A DNA stretch of 64,000 nucleotides from an uncultured Duodenibacillus sp. (GTDB lineage Bacteria; Pseudomonadota; Gammaproteobacteria; Burkholderiales; Burkholderiaceae_F): positions 343-64,342 of the forward strand of contig CALXQK010000012.1 of the NCBI GenBank assembly GCA_944390745.1, read 5' to 3'. The position numbers and the translations under genes were made by a program. Below the pieces are notes generated by a model. It was not told where the DNA came from and ran no database searches. It worked only from the letters and a program-made list of their open reading frames with translations. Below are positions 52,390-60,969 of this stretch, in pieces. Position 1 is the first letter of the stretch; each line of letters opens with the position of its first letter.

Positions 52390-52694
52390 CTCAATCTCCT
52401 GATTGCCGGCGTCTCGACGACTCGCCCGATGAATCCCGCGCCCCGCCCCTTTGCCTGGGAGCGTGCGGCGACGATGCGAATGCGCTGAAAGCCGGTCCGT
52501 TGCTTTCCTCCGGAACGCTTCCCGGAGGGGTGTGAAATTTGAAGCAAGGGCGCGACGCACGCATGCGCCGCGCCCCGGATCAGGCTTTCAGTCTAGGTTA
52601 AGGATGTTCCCGTCCAATTGACGGGCATCAAGGCAAAAATTCTTTTTATTTCAAAGTTCTAAACGAGCTTTAAGTTTTTCTTAAAACCGTCGCC

Positions 52695-53117
52695 TCAAAT
52701 CGTTTCGCTGTTCCCGGGGCCGGCGGGCGGAGCTCCCGCGTCAAGCTCCAGGGCAGGGCCGCCGTCGGCGGCAGGCGCTTTTTTCGCGGCCGCACTCGGA
52801 CGGCGCAGCATGTCCTCGTCCTGCGCGGTCTCGCGCCGGGAAAGCCAGCGGCGGATCGTGGCGCGGCTGATGCCCGTCTCGCGGGCAAGCTCGTTGTAGG
52901 AGAGTCCCTGCTCGGCGCGCATGAGCAGCACGCGGGCCTTGACGGCGTCGCCGAAGCGCGGCGCGCGGACGGCTCGCGGCTCAAGCAGCGTCTCAAAGGT
53001 GCCGTTGCGGTAGCGGTGCATCCAGTCGCGCGCGGTGTAGATCGAGACCCCAAGCGAGGCCGCCACCGTCTTGTAGCTTGCCCCGCGGGAAAAAAGATCC
53101 CGCGCAAGATTGAGCAT
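52695..53117 (-). CDS. Helix-turn-helix domain protein (two HTH-like units)
   Basis: 'GASYKTVAASLGVSIYTARDWMHRY' and 'GLSYNELARETGISRATIRRWLSR'. The start is uncertain. The track ORF extends to 53366 and overlaps the upstream ORF. Confidence 0.4.
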   Translation of the reverse strand: MLNLARDLFSRGASYKTVAASLGVSIYTARDWMHRYRNGTFETLLEPRAVRAPRFGDAVKARVLLMRAEQGLSYNELARETGISRATIRRWLSRRETAQDEDMLRRPSAAAKKAPAADGGPALELDAGAPPAGPGNSETI

Positions 53118-53295
53118 CTGCAGGCTGTGGCGCCCCTGGCGCGCTGCCGGAGACCAGGGCGACAAGGGCAGCTCACTTACCAGCTCAAACGCCTCGCCGC
53201 CGCAGGCCTGCGGCTCAGGCACCGGCTCCGGCTGCTGCCCGGGCTCGGCAAAGAGATCGGGCTGGCGGCCGTCGTCAGCCGCGCACGTGCGCCCT

Positions 53296-53724
53296 CTAGC
53301 GGGACTCCCCGCCCGGGTCCTTGCTTTCACGGTGACGAATCTCCTCAATGACGACGGCATCCTCAATCACCGTCGTGCGCCGCACGCCGGTGCGCGCCTC
53401 TCCCCTGGGCACCTCGGGCTCGTCCGAGGGCTGTGCGGGACCCCGGGAAGTCTGTCCGGGGGCGGCGCCGGCCGCCGCCTGCATGCGCCGCAGCATCTCC
53501 TCCTGGGCCTTCTTGAAGGGGTCGCCGTGGCGCCAGCGGTAGTACGCGCCGTAAAGCGCCAGGGCGGCCACGCACAGGAGCACGAAGATCATGATGCCGC
53601 CGATGACGGGCAGCAACAGGATTCCGAGCCCGATCAAGGCCGCGAAGAACGCCACGGAGGCGATGAAGGAGACAAGCGGATGAATGGGACGTCCGTTGAT
53701 GTAGAGCATGGAGTTGTATCTCAA
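53296..53724 (-). CDS. Hypothetical membrane protein
   Basis: 142-aa ORF with two hydrophobic helices ('LVSFIASVAFFAALIGLGILLL', 'IGGIMIFVLLCVAALALYGAYY') and a charged C-terminal tail. No motif recognised. Confidence 0.35.
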   Translation of the reverse strand: MRYNSMLYINGRPIHPLVSFIASVAFFAALIGLGILLLPVIGGIMIFVLLCVAALALYGAYYRWRHGDPFKKAQEEMLRRMQAAAGAAPGQTSRGPAQPSDEPEVPRGEARTGVRRTTVIEDAVVIEEIRHRESKDPGGESR

Positions 53725-54132
53725 AGATGACCGCGCCCCAGCCGCAGGGCGCCGCGCCCGGATAATGCAGCGTCCGGGTGCCGACTGCAGTCAGTCTATC
53801 AGCACGCGCGCCCGGCAAATGCAAACATTCCCGCGGCCTTGTTAAGGAATTTTTCCATCCGCCGCGCCGCCCCCGCACGCGCGTGCGGCTGGAAAAACGC
53901 CGTAGTCACGCCGCAAATTCGTTATCATTGCGGACTCATAACATTTTTGACTTTTGCCGCTTCCGCGCCCCGCGCCATCCCCGCTGCCGGGAACGCCCGC
54001 CTCGCCGCCTCGAATTCTTCGGATCCCCGGACACTTTCGAATCCTCCGGCCCGGGCCGCACCCCCGCCTTGAGCCCAGCGCTTCACGCCGATGCCGCGCA
54101 CCTGCGGCCGGAGGCCGCGACAACCACGATTT

Positions 54133-54930
54133 ATGGATCAGAAGTTTTCGTCTCTTCCCGACGTGCAGAGCCTTGTCGACGGACGCAACATTCCCATCGA
54201 CCGCGTCGGCGTCCGCGGACTCACCGTCCCTCTCACGGTGGCCAGCGTCAAGGGCCCGCAGCCGACGGTCGCCGAGGTGAGCATGTACGTCGGCCTGCCC
54301 GCCGACAAGCGCGGCACGCACATGTCGCGCTTCGTCTCGCTCATCGCCGACGATCCCGAGCCGCTTTCGAGCGGCATGATGCGCAGCCTGCTTGAGCGCA
54401 TGCTCGAGCTGCTCGGAGCCGAGGAGGGCTACATCGACATCCGCTGCCCCTTCTTCGTGACCAAGACGAGCCCCGTCTCGGGCCTCAAGAGCCTCATGAA
54501 CTACAAGGTGCGCTTTACGGCGGAGCGCCGCCGCGGCGTCACGCGCATCCTTCAGGAGATCACCGCGCCCGTCACGAGCCTGTGCCCGTGCAGCCGCGAG
54601 ATCAGCGACTACGGCGCGCACAACCAGCGCTCGCGCATCACGATCGCCGTGGAGCTCGACGGCGAGCTCTCGCTCGAGGAGCAGATCCGCATCGCCGAGA
54701 CCTCGGCCTCGTGCGAGCTCTGGAGCCGCCTGAAGCGCAACGACGAGAAGTACGTCACCGAATACGCCTACGATCACCCGAAGTTCGTCGAGGACATCGT
54801 GCGCGACACCGCCAAGCAGCTCAACGCCGAGCCGCGCGTGCTCGCCTACCACACCGAGGCCGAGAACTTCGAGTCGATCCACAACCATTCCGCCTACGCG
54901 CAGATTGAGCGCGACAAGCGGCTCGGCTAG
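54133..54930 (+). CDS. folE2: GTP cyclohydrolase I type 2 (FolE2/MptA family)
   Basis: 'LPDVQSLVDGRNIPIDRVGVRGLTVPL', 'RGTHMSRF', 'SLCPCSREIS', 'HNQRS' and 'ESIHNHSAYA' are the family blocks. I prefer the ATG at 54133. Confidence 0.85.
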   Translation: MDQKFSSLPDVQSLVDGRNIPIDRVGVRGLTVPLTVASVKGPQPTVAEVSMYVGLPADKRGTHMSRFVSLIADDPEPLSSGMMRSLLERMLELLGAEEGYIDIRCPFFVTKTSPVSGLKSLMNYKVRFTAERRRGVTRILQEITAPVTSLCPCSREISDYGAHNQRSRITIAVELDGELSLEEQIRIAETSASCELWSRLKRNDEKYVTEYAYDHPKFVEDIVRDTAKQLNAEPRVLAYHTEAENFESIHNHSAYAQIERDKRLG

Positions 54931-55128
54931 GGCGCACGCCCCCGCCCGCCGTCTCCCTGCAAGCCCCGCCCGCACGGAATCTGAAGCGTTCCGCGCGGTT
55001 CGGGGCTTTCAGCGCACCGATTTCCGCGCGGTTTGCTATCGTTTGCGGACCCGCCCAGCCGCCGCTGCCGGGCGTCGTCACGCTCAAACCAACAACTCCC
55101 CGTCAATTTTTTCGTCTTCACCGAAGTC

Positions 55129-56859
55129 ATGACCGAAGATCAGAAACAGTCCCTTGCGCAGCTCCTCGGGCGCGCCGCCGCCGCCATCGGCGCGGCCGGC
55201 ACGACCGCGCGTCTGGAGCGCCCCAAGTCCGCCGAACACGGCGACCTGGCCACCAACGTCGCCATGCAGCTTGCGCGCACGCTCAAAAAGAATCCGCGTG
55301 AAATCGCCTCGGAACTCGTGGCGGCCATGAAGGCCGACGCGCACTTTGACTCGCTTCTGTCGAGCGTTGAGATCGCCGGCCCGGGCTTCATCAACATGCG
55401 CTTCAACCAGGCCGCCAAGTTCAGCGTCATCGGCGACGTGCTGCGCCAGGGCGCGTCCTACGGCTCAAGCCGCGCCGCCGAGGGCAGAAGCGTTCTTCTT
55501 GAGTACGTCTCGGCCAACCCCACGGGACCGCTTCACCTCGGCCACGCCCGCCAGGGGGCGCTCGGCGACGTGCTCGCGCGCATCATGCGCACCCAGGGCT
55601 ATCAGGTGACGCGCGAGTTCTACTACAACGACGCGGGCGTCCAGATCCACAATCTCACGATCTCGGTGCAGGCCCGCGCAAGGGAGCTGCTCGGCCTGCA
55701 GGGCCCCGAGGCCTTCCCGGAGAAGGGCTACCAGGGGCTCTACATCTTCGACATCGCCCGCGACTATCTGGCCAAAAAGCCTGTCGCCGCAAACTCGGGG
55801 ACCGTCGTCGAGTCCTCGGGCGACGTTGAGGACCTCGAGACGATCCGCCGCTACAGCGTGGCCTACCTGCGCAATGAGCAGGACGAGGACCTGAAGCTGC
55901 TCGGCGTCGCCTTCGACAACTTCTATCTGGAGAGCTCGCTGTACACGAGCGGCCGCGTGGAGAAGGCCGTGCAGGCGATCATCGCCTCGGGCCACACCTA
56001 CGAGGCCGACGGCGCGCTCTGGCTGCGGACCACCGATCCCGCCTTCAAGGACTTCAAGGACGACAAGGACCGCGTGATGCGCAAGCAGGACGGCTACTAC
56101 ACGTACTTCGTGCCCGACGTCGCCTACCATCTTGCGAAGTTTGAGCGCGGCTTCGACCGCGCCATCAACATCCAGGGGTCGGACCACCACGGCACCGTCG
56201 CGCGCGTGCGCATCGGCCTGCAGGCGGCCGCCCCCGCGTTCGGCTTCAAGATCCCGAAGACCTTCCCCGAGTACCTGCTGCACAAGATGCTCAAGGTCGT
56301 CATTGACGGCGTCGAGCAGAAGATGAGCAAGCGTGCGGGCACCTATGTGACGCTGCGCGACCTCGTCGAGTGGGTCGGCCGCGACGCCGCGCGCTTCTTC
56401 CTCGTCTCGAGAAAGCCGGACGCCGAATTTGCCTTCGACGTCAACCTGGCGCGCTCGCGCAGCGACGAAAACCCGGTCTACTACCTGCAGTACGCCCATG
56501 CGCGCATCTGCTCGGTTCTGCGGCAGGCCGCCGAGCGCGGCTTCTGCGTTCCCGACGCGCAGCAGGCAGCCGCGGCCGACTTCTCCGCGCTTGAAAGCCC
56601 GCAGGCCGCGGCGCTCGCGCTGCGCCTGTCGCAGTACGGCCAGACGCTTGCGGTTGCCGCGCGCGACCTTGCCCCGCACCTCATCTGCGTGTATCTCAAG
56701 GACCTCGCCGCGGACTTCCACGCCTTCTACAATGCCGAGCATGTGCTCGTCGACGACGAGCGCGTGCGCTGCGCGCGCCTGGCGATGCTGCTGGCCGCCC
56801 GGCAGGTGCTTCGAAACGGGCTCGATGTTCTCGGCGTCAGCGCCCCCGAACACATGTAA
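55129..56859 (+). CDS. argS: Arginine--tRNA ligase
   Basis: '[20 protein letters not shown]' (HIGH), 'KMSKRAG' and the DALR-type anticodon-binding C-terminus. I prefer the ATG at 55129 ('[13 protein letters not shown]'). Confidence 0.95.
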   Translation: MTEDQKQSLAQLLGRAAAAIGAAGTTARLERPKSAEHGDLATNVAMQLARTLKKNPREIASELVAAMKADAHFDSLLSSVEIAGPGFINMRFNQAAKFSVIGDVLRQGASYGSSRAAEGRSVLLEYVSANPTGPLHLGHARQGALGDVLARIMRTQGYQVTREFYYNDAGVQIHNLTISVQARARELLGLQGPEAFPEKGYQGLYIFDIARDYLAKKPVAANSGTVVESSGDVEDLETIRRYSVAYLRNEQDEDLKLLGVAFDNFYLESSLYTSGRVEKAVQAIIASGHTYEADGALWLRTTDPAFKDFKDDKDRVMRKQDGYYTYFVPDVAYHLAKFERGFDRAINIQGSDHHGTVARVRIGLQAAAPAFGFKIPKTFPEYLLHKMLKVVIDGVEQKMSKRAGTYVTLRDLVEWVGRDAARFFLVSRKPDAEFAFDVNLARSRSDENPVYYLQYAHARICSVLRQAAERGFCVPDAQQAAAADFSALESPQAAALALRLSQYGQTLAVAARDLAPHLICVYLKDLAADFHAFYNAEHVLVDDERVRCARLAMLLAARQVLRNGLDVLGVSAPEHM

Positions 56860-56948
56860 CATTGACGCGCCCCTGACCGGCCCCTCGCCCGGGCCGGCCT
56901 GCGCGGCGCTCCGCACCCTGCCCCTTTTTCAAGGAGTGACGTTTCCTC

Positions 56949-57473
56949 ATGGCTACGAGCAAATCCGCGATCTTCTGGTCGTTCACCGCTGGCGTCGTCG
57001 TCTCGCTCATCATCACCGCAGGCGTCTTCATCTGGGTGAACGAGGCCCCGATCCCGTTCGTCTCCAAGGTCCAGCAGGTGAGCTCAAGCGTTGACGAGCG
57101 CCTGCTCGACGGCAAGAGCATCGATCCCAACCAGAAGCTCTACGACGAGGGCCAGGGCGAGGAGCAACGCAAGGACGTTGCCACCGTCACCGCGCCCGGC
57201 TCGGCCGCCGCGGGCGACTCGACCGAGATCATCAACACCGAGCGCTACTGGGTGCAGGCGGGAACCTTCCCGTCCAACGACGAGGCCGAGTCGATGCGCG
57301 CGAGCATCGCCTTCATCGGACTTGACGCGCAGATCAGCACGGCAACCCAGGGCGGAAAGCGCGTCTACATCGTGCGCACCGGCCCGTTCGACAACACCAA
57401 CGACGCCGAGGAGATCCGCCAGACGCTTGCGGACAACGGCATCCAGGCCAGTCTCATTCACCAGCGCAACTAG
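56949..57473 (+). CDS. SPOR domain-containing protein (FtsN-like septal peptidoglycan binding)
   Basis: N-terminal TM segment ('IFWSFTAGVVVSLIITAGVFIWV'). C-terminal SPOR domain 'YWVQAGTFPSNDEAESMRASIAFIGLDAQI...YIVRTGPFDNTNDAEEIRQTL'. Confidence 0.75.
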   Translation: MATSKSAIFWSFTAGVVVSLIITAGVFIWVNEAPIPFVSKVQQVSSSVDERLLDGKSIDPNQKLYDEGQGEEQRKDVATVTAPGSAAAGDSTEIINTERYWVQAGTFPSNDEAESMRASIAFIGLDAQISTATQGGKRVYIVRTGPFDNTNDAEEIRQTLADNGIQASLIHQRN

Positions 57474-57522
57474 CGCGCGGCCGCTGACAGCCTTTCGTTT
57501 TTGAACAAGGACTCAACCCATC

Positions 57523-58200
57523 ATGATCACTCGACGTCACCTTCTTCAGGGCGCAGCCGCCGCCGTCTGCGCCGCCGCAACGCCCGCCCTCACGAGCCTG
57601 TGCGCCGCGCAGCAAAAGCGCGCTGCGGTCGCCGGCAAGGACTACATCATCGTGCGCCCGCCCGTGGACTACCCCGAGCGGCCGATCCTCGTGCACAACT
57701 TCTTTGCCTACACCTGCCCGCACTGCCTCACGTTCGAGCCGGTGATCGACGCGTTCGCCGAGGAGCTCAAGAGCATGTCCGACGTGAAGTTCGTCGCCTC
57801 GCCCGTGGCCTGGAACACGGACCTCGACATCTTCTCGAGCGTCTACTACAGCCTTGAGGCGATGAATCGCCTCGGGGACATTCACCTGCCCTTCTGGAAC
57901 TGGGTCATCCGCGAGGATCATGCCGGCTGGACCTCGACCGAGGCCATCGCCCGCGACATCGAGGCCTTCATGGGCCGCAACGGCATCAAGAGCGACGACT
58001 GGAACAAGATGCTCAAGAGCTTCTCGGTCGTCTCCAAGACCCGCCAGGCCGCCCGCACCTGGAAGCACTACGGCGTGGACTCCACGCCCTCGATCGGCAT
58101 CGCCGGACGCTTCATCACCGCGCCGCACCTTGTGGGCACCCGCGAGGGCGCCATCGACATGGCGCGCGAGCTCATCGCCCGCATCCGCAGGGAAAAGTAA
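57523..58200 (+). CDS. dsbA: Thiol:disulfide interchange protein DsbA
   Basis: 'FFAYTCPHCLTFEP' (CPHC) and the DsbA helical insert. The C-terminal 'GVDSTPSIGIAGRF' carries the cis-Pro loop region. Confidence 0.85.
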   Translation: MITRRHLLQGAAAAVCAAATPALTSLCAAQQKRAAVAGKDYIIVRPPVDYPERPILVHNFFAYTCPHCLTFEPVIDAFAEELKSMSDVKFVASPVAWNTDLDIFSSVYYSLEAMNRLGDIHLPFWNWVIREDHAGWTSTEAIARDIEAFMGRNGIKSDDWNKMLKSFSVVSKTRQAARTWKHYGVDSTPSIGIAGRFITAPHLVGTREGAIDMARELIARIRREK

Positions 58201-58224
58201 ACGCACCCCGGAGCAACGCAGCCT

Positions 58225-58995
58225 ATGCGCATCTTTCTCACCGGCGCCTCCAGCGGCATCGGCGCCGCCCTGGCCCGTGAATTCGACGCCCTCGGCGCCG
58301 AGCTAGGCCTCGTGGGCCGCAACCCTGAAAAGCTCGAGGCCTTCGCGGCCTCGCTCGGGCACCCCGGGCGGCACCGCAGCTATGCGCTCGACGTCGCCGA
58401 CCGCGCGGCGCTCTTTGCCGCGGCCCGCGACTTTGAGGCTGCCGGCCCCACGGACATCGTGATCGCCAACGCGGGCATCTCGATCGGCGTCAAGACCGAG
58501 TTCGAGGAGGATCTCGACGTCATGGAGCGCGTCTACCGCACCAACGTGCTCGCCATGGCTGCAACCTTTCATCCCTTCATCGACCCCATGCGCCGGCGCG
58601 GGCGCGGGCAGTTCGTGGGCATTGCCTCGGTGGCGGGCATCCGGGGGCTGCCCGGCAGCGAAGCCTACTGCTCGAGCAAGGCTGCGGCGATCAGCTATCT
58701 TGAGAGCCTGCGCAACGACGTGCACAAGTACGGCATCAAGGTCACCACGATCTCGCCGGGGTTCGTGCGCACGCCCCTGACGGCGAAGAACCCCTACCGC
58801 ATGCCCTTCATTCTCGAGGCCGACGAGTTTGCGCGGCGCGCCGTGCGCGCCATCCTCTCGGAGGTCTCCTACCGCACCATTCCCTGGCAGATGGGGCTGC
58901 TTGCCAAGCTGCTGCGCATCCTCCCCAACGCCGTCTTCGACGCCGTCATCGCCGGGCGCGGAGAAAAGCCGCGCGCCAAGGATCTCGGCGCGTAG
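58225..58995 (+). CDS. SDR-family short-chain dehydrogenase/reductase
   Basis: 'FLTGASSGIGAALA' (TGxxxGIG), 'NAG', catalytic 'YCSSK'. Confidence 0.85.
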   Translation: MRIFLTGASSGIGAALAREFDALGAELGLVGRNPEKLEAFAASLGHPGRHRSYALDVADRAALFAAARDFEAAGPTDIVIANAGISIGVKTEFEEDLDVMERVYRTNVLAMAATFHPFIDPMRRRGRGQFVGIASVAGIRGLPGSEAYCSSKAAAISYLESLRNDVHKYGIKVTTISPGFVRTPLTAKNPYRMPFILEADEFARRAVRAILSEVSYRTIPWQMGLLAKLLRILPNAVFDAVIAGRGEKPRAKDLGA

Positions 58996-59004
58996 ACCGG
59001 GGGC

Positions 59005-60648
59005 TTACTCATGCCGTCCGCAGCCCGGGCCCGGAGCAGCCGGCTGCCGGGCCTCGCCGAGCAGCCCCAGCTTGATGAGGCGGCTGCGCATCGTGTTGGG
59101 ATTCATGCCCGCCAGACGCGCGGCGCCGTGCGCGCCCGAAATGCGCCCCTCGGTCAGATCGAGCAGCCTGCTGAAGTACTGCCGCTGCATCGTCTCGAAA
59201 TCCACGGCCTCAAGGCAGGAGGCCGCCGGCGGCCGCGCCTGCGCCTGCGCCTGCGCTTCACCCTCCGGCGCAGGCGGCGCAGCCTTGATTCGAGCCGCGC
59301 CGGCAGCAGCGTCCGGGGCGGCCCCCTGGGAGCCGTCATCGAGCACAAGCCGCACGCCGTGCGCCGAGCCCTGGGCGCTGAGCCCCGAGCGGATCACGGC
59401 GTTTCTGAGCTCGCGCACATTGCCCGGCCAGCGCCAGGCGCGCGCATCGGCCAGCAGCGCCGGCACGAAGTTCTCGGGCAGCGGCACGTGAAAGCGCTCC
59501 TTGACCTCCTGGGCAAACAGCGCGATCAGCGGCTCGAGATCCTCCGGGCGCTCCCGCAGCGGAGGAATGTGCAGCCGCAGCACGTTGAGGCGGTAGTACA
59601 GATCGAGTCGAAAGAGCTTCTTGTCGACCAGCTCCGAAAGACTGCGGTTGGTGGCCGAGATGATGCGCACGTTGATCGGAATCTCCACCGTGCCGCCCAC
59701 GCGTCGAATGGCCTGGTTCTGCAGCACGTGCAGCAGCTTGCCCTGCATGGCAAGCGGCAGCTCGCCGATTTCATCAAGAAAGATCGTCCCGCCGTCGGCC
59801 TCCTCAAAAAGGCCCCGGCGCATGCGCCGCGCGTCGGTAAAGGCGCCCGCCTCATAGCCGAAGAGCTCGGCCTCGATGAGCGCCTCGGGGATCGCCGCGC
59901 AGTTGACGCGCACAAAGGGCCGCATGGCGCGCGAGGACATGTTGTGAATCGCGGTGGCAAGCACCTCCTTGCCGGTGCCCGACTCGCCCGTGATGAGCAC
60001 CGGCACCGGGTAGCCCGCCGCCTGCTTGATGAGCGGGGCGAGCATCCGCATGGAGGGCGAGCGGCGCACGAGCTCGGCCAGAGGCGAGCTCTTGGCCAGG
60101 GCAAGCGTCTGCATCAGCTCCCTGTTGATGCTCTCAATCCTGCGGCTGCGCCGGTCCAGCCGGATGCCCAGCGCAAAGCCCACCTGCAACGACAGCAGCG
60201 TCCGAAGCCAGGACACGGCCCGCGCCTCCCGGTCATGGAATGCCCCGGGTCTCGTGCTGTAGAAGCACACGACGCCGAGGTGGCGCTCCTCAATCTGCAG
60301 CGAGATCAGAATGAAGCTGCGGATGCCTGCAATGACCTTTCCGGCTGCCGTGCGCGTAAAGGGATCCTGCGCGATGTCCTCAACCACCGTGACGCCGTCC
60401 GGGTGCGTCGCCGGCAGCGGCCGCACCCCCGCGGGAACGGCCGCGACGTCGCTGAGCTCCCGGGCGTCCCGGCGCGTGGCATGCGCAAGAAACCACACCT
60501 CGGAGGTCTCGGCAACAAACGTATTGGCAAAGACCCCCTCGGCCGGGAATTCGTCTCCGAGGGCCGCCAGCCCCTTTTGCAGCGCCTGCGGCAGCAAGAG
60601 CGTGCTTGAAAACGCCGACGCCACGGCCCACCGATCCACCCAGACCAT
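59005..60648 (-). CDS. Sigma-54-dependent transcriptional activator (GAF sensor + AAA+ + Fis-type HTH)
   Basis: 'ITGESGTGKEVLA' (Walker A), 'GAFTDA' (variant GAFTGA), 'GGTIFLDEIGE' (Walker B), 'WPGNVRELRN'. C-terminal HTH 'GAARLAGMNPNTMRSRLIKLG'. I prefer the ATG at 60648, with AGGAGG upstream. Confidence 0.85.
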   Translation of the reverse strand: MVWVDRWAVASAFSSTLLLPQALQKGLAALGDEFPAEGVFANTFVAETSEVWFLAHATRRDARELSDVAAVPAGVRPLPATHPDGVTVVEDIAQDPFTRTAAGKVIAGIRSFILISLQIEERHLGVVCFYSTRPGAFHDREARAVSWLRTLLSLQVGFALGIRLDRRSRRIESINRELMQTLALAKSSPLAELVRRSPSMRMLAPLIKQAAGYPVPVLITGESGTGKEVLATAIHNMSSRAMRPFVRVNCAAIPEALIEAELFGYEAGAFTDARRMRRGLFEEADGGTIFLDEIGELPLAMQGKLLHVLQNQAIRRVGGTVEIPINVRIISATNRSLSELVDKKLFRLDLYYRLNVLRLHIPPLRERPEDLEPLIALFAQEVKERFHVPLPENFVPALLADARAWRWPGNVRELRNAVIRSGLSAQGSAHGVRLVLDDGSQGAAPDAAAGAARIKAAPPAPEGEAQAQAQARPPAASCLEAVDFETMQRQYFSRLLDLTEGRISGAHGAARLAGMNPNTMRSRLIKLGLLGEARQPAAPGPGCGRHE

Positions 60649-60692
60649 CCCTTCCCTCCTTTTTCCCAACCGCGCAAAGTCCCTGCAATTTA

Positions 60693-60760
60693 CGAAATAT
60701 CGAAAAGCTCCCGACCAGAGAAAAAATAACGATATTTCGCCAATTTTTCACGAAATATCG
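60693..60760. promoter_or_regulatory. Three copies of a 10-mer (candidate upstream activator sequences for the sigma-54 activator)
   Basis: CGAAATATCG at 60693-60702 and 60751-60760, and its reverse complement CGATATTTCG at 60730-60739. They lie 110-180 bp upstream of the -24/-12 element. Confidence 0.4.
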
Positions 60761-60872
60761 TGTTTCTGTTTTCGTACAACCCGGCACAGCCTCTTCAAAA
60801 GGGCCGGCGCGCCCGCCTGCGCAGTCTGAAGCATTTCTTAACCAGATGGGTTTTTATTCGTTTTTTGAATTC

Positions 60873-60888
60873 TGGCACGCATTTTGCA
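60873..60888 (+). promoter_or_regulatory. Sigma-54 (RpoN) -24/-12 promoter
   Basis: TGGCAC-GCATT-TTGCA matches the TGGCAC-N5-TTGCW consensus exactly. It lies about 80 nt upstream of the ATG at 60970 and next to a divergent sigma-54 activator gene. Confidence 0.7.
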
Positions 60889-60969
60889 TCCTGAAAAGAA
60901 ACCTCGCCTCAATGGCGAGGGCCGGCCTGCGCCGGAGAAACCCAGCACACCCCTTTGGAGTTCAGATAC

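Noticed and set aside
59225-59260. Short tandem repeat GCCTGCGCCTGCGCCTGCGC. I checked it as a possible repeat array.
   Set aside because: It lies inside the sigma-54 activator CDS and encodes an (AQ)n linker ('EAQAQAQA') between the AAA+ and HTH domains. It is not a CRISPR or intergenic repeat.
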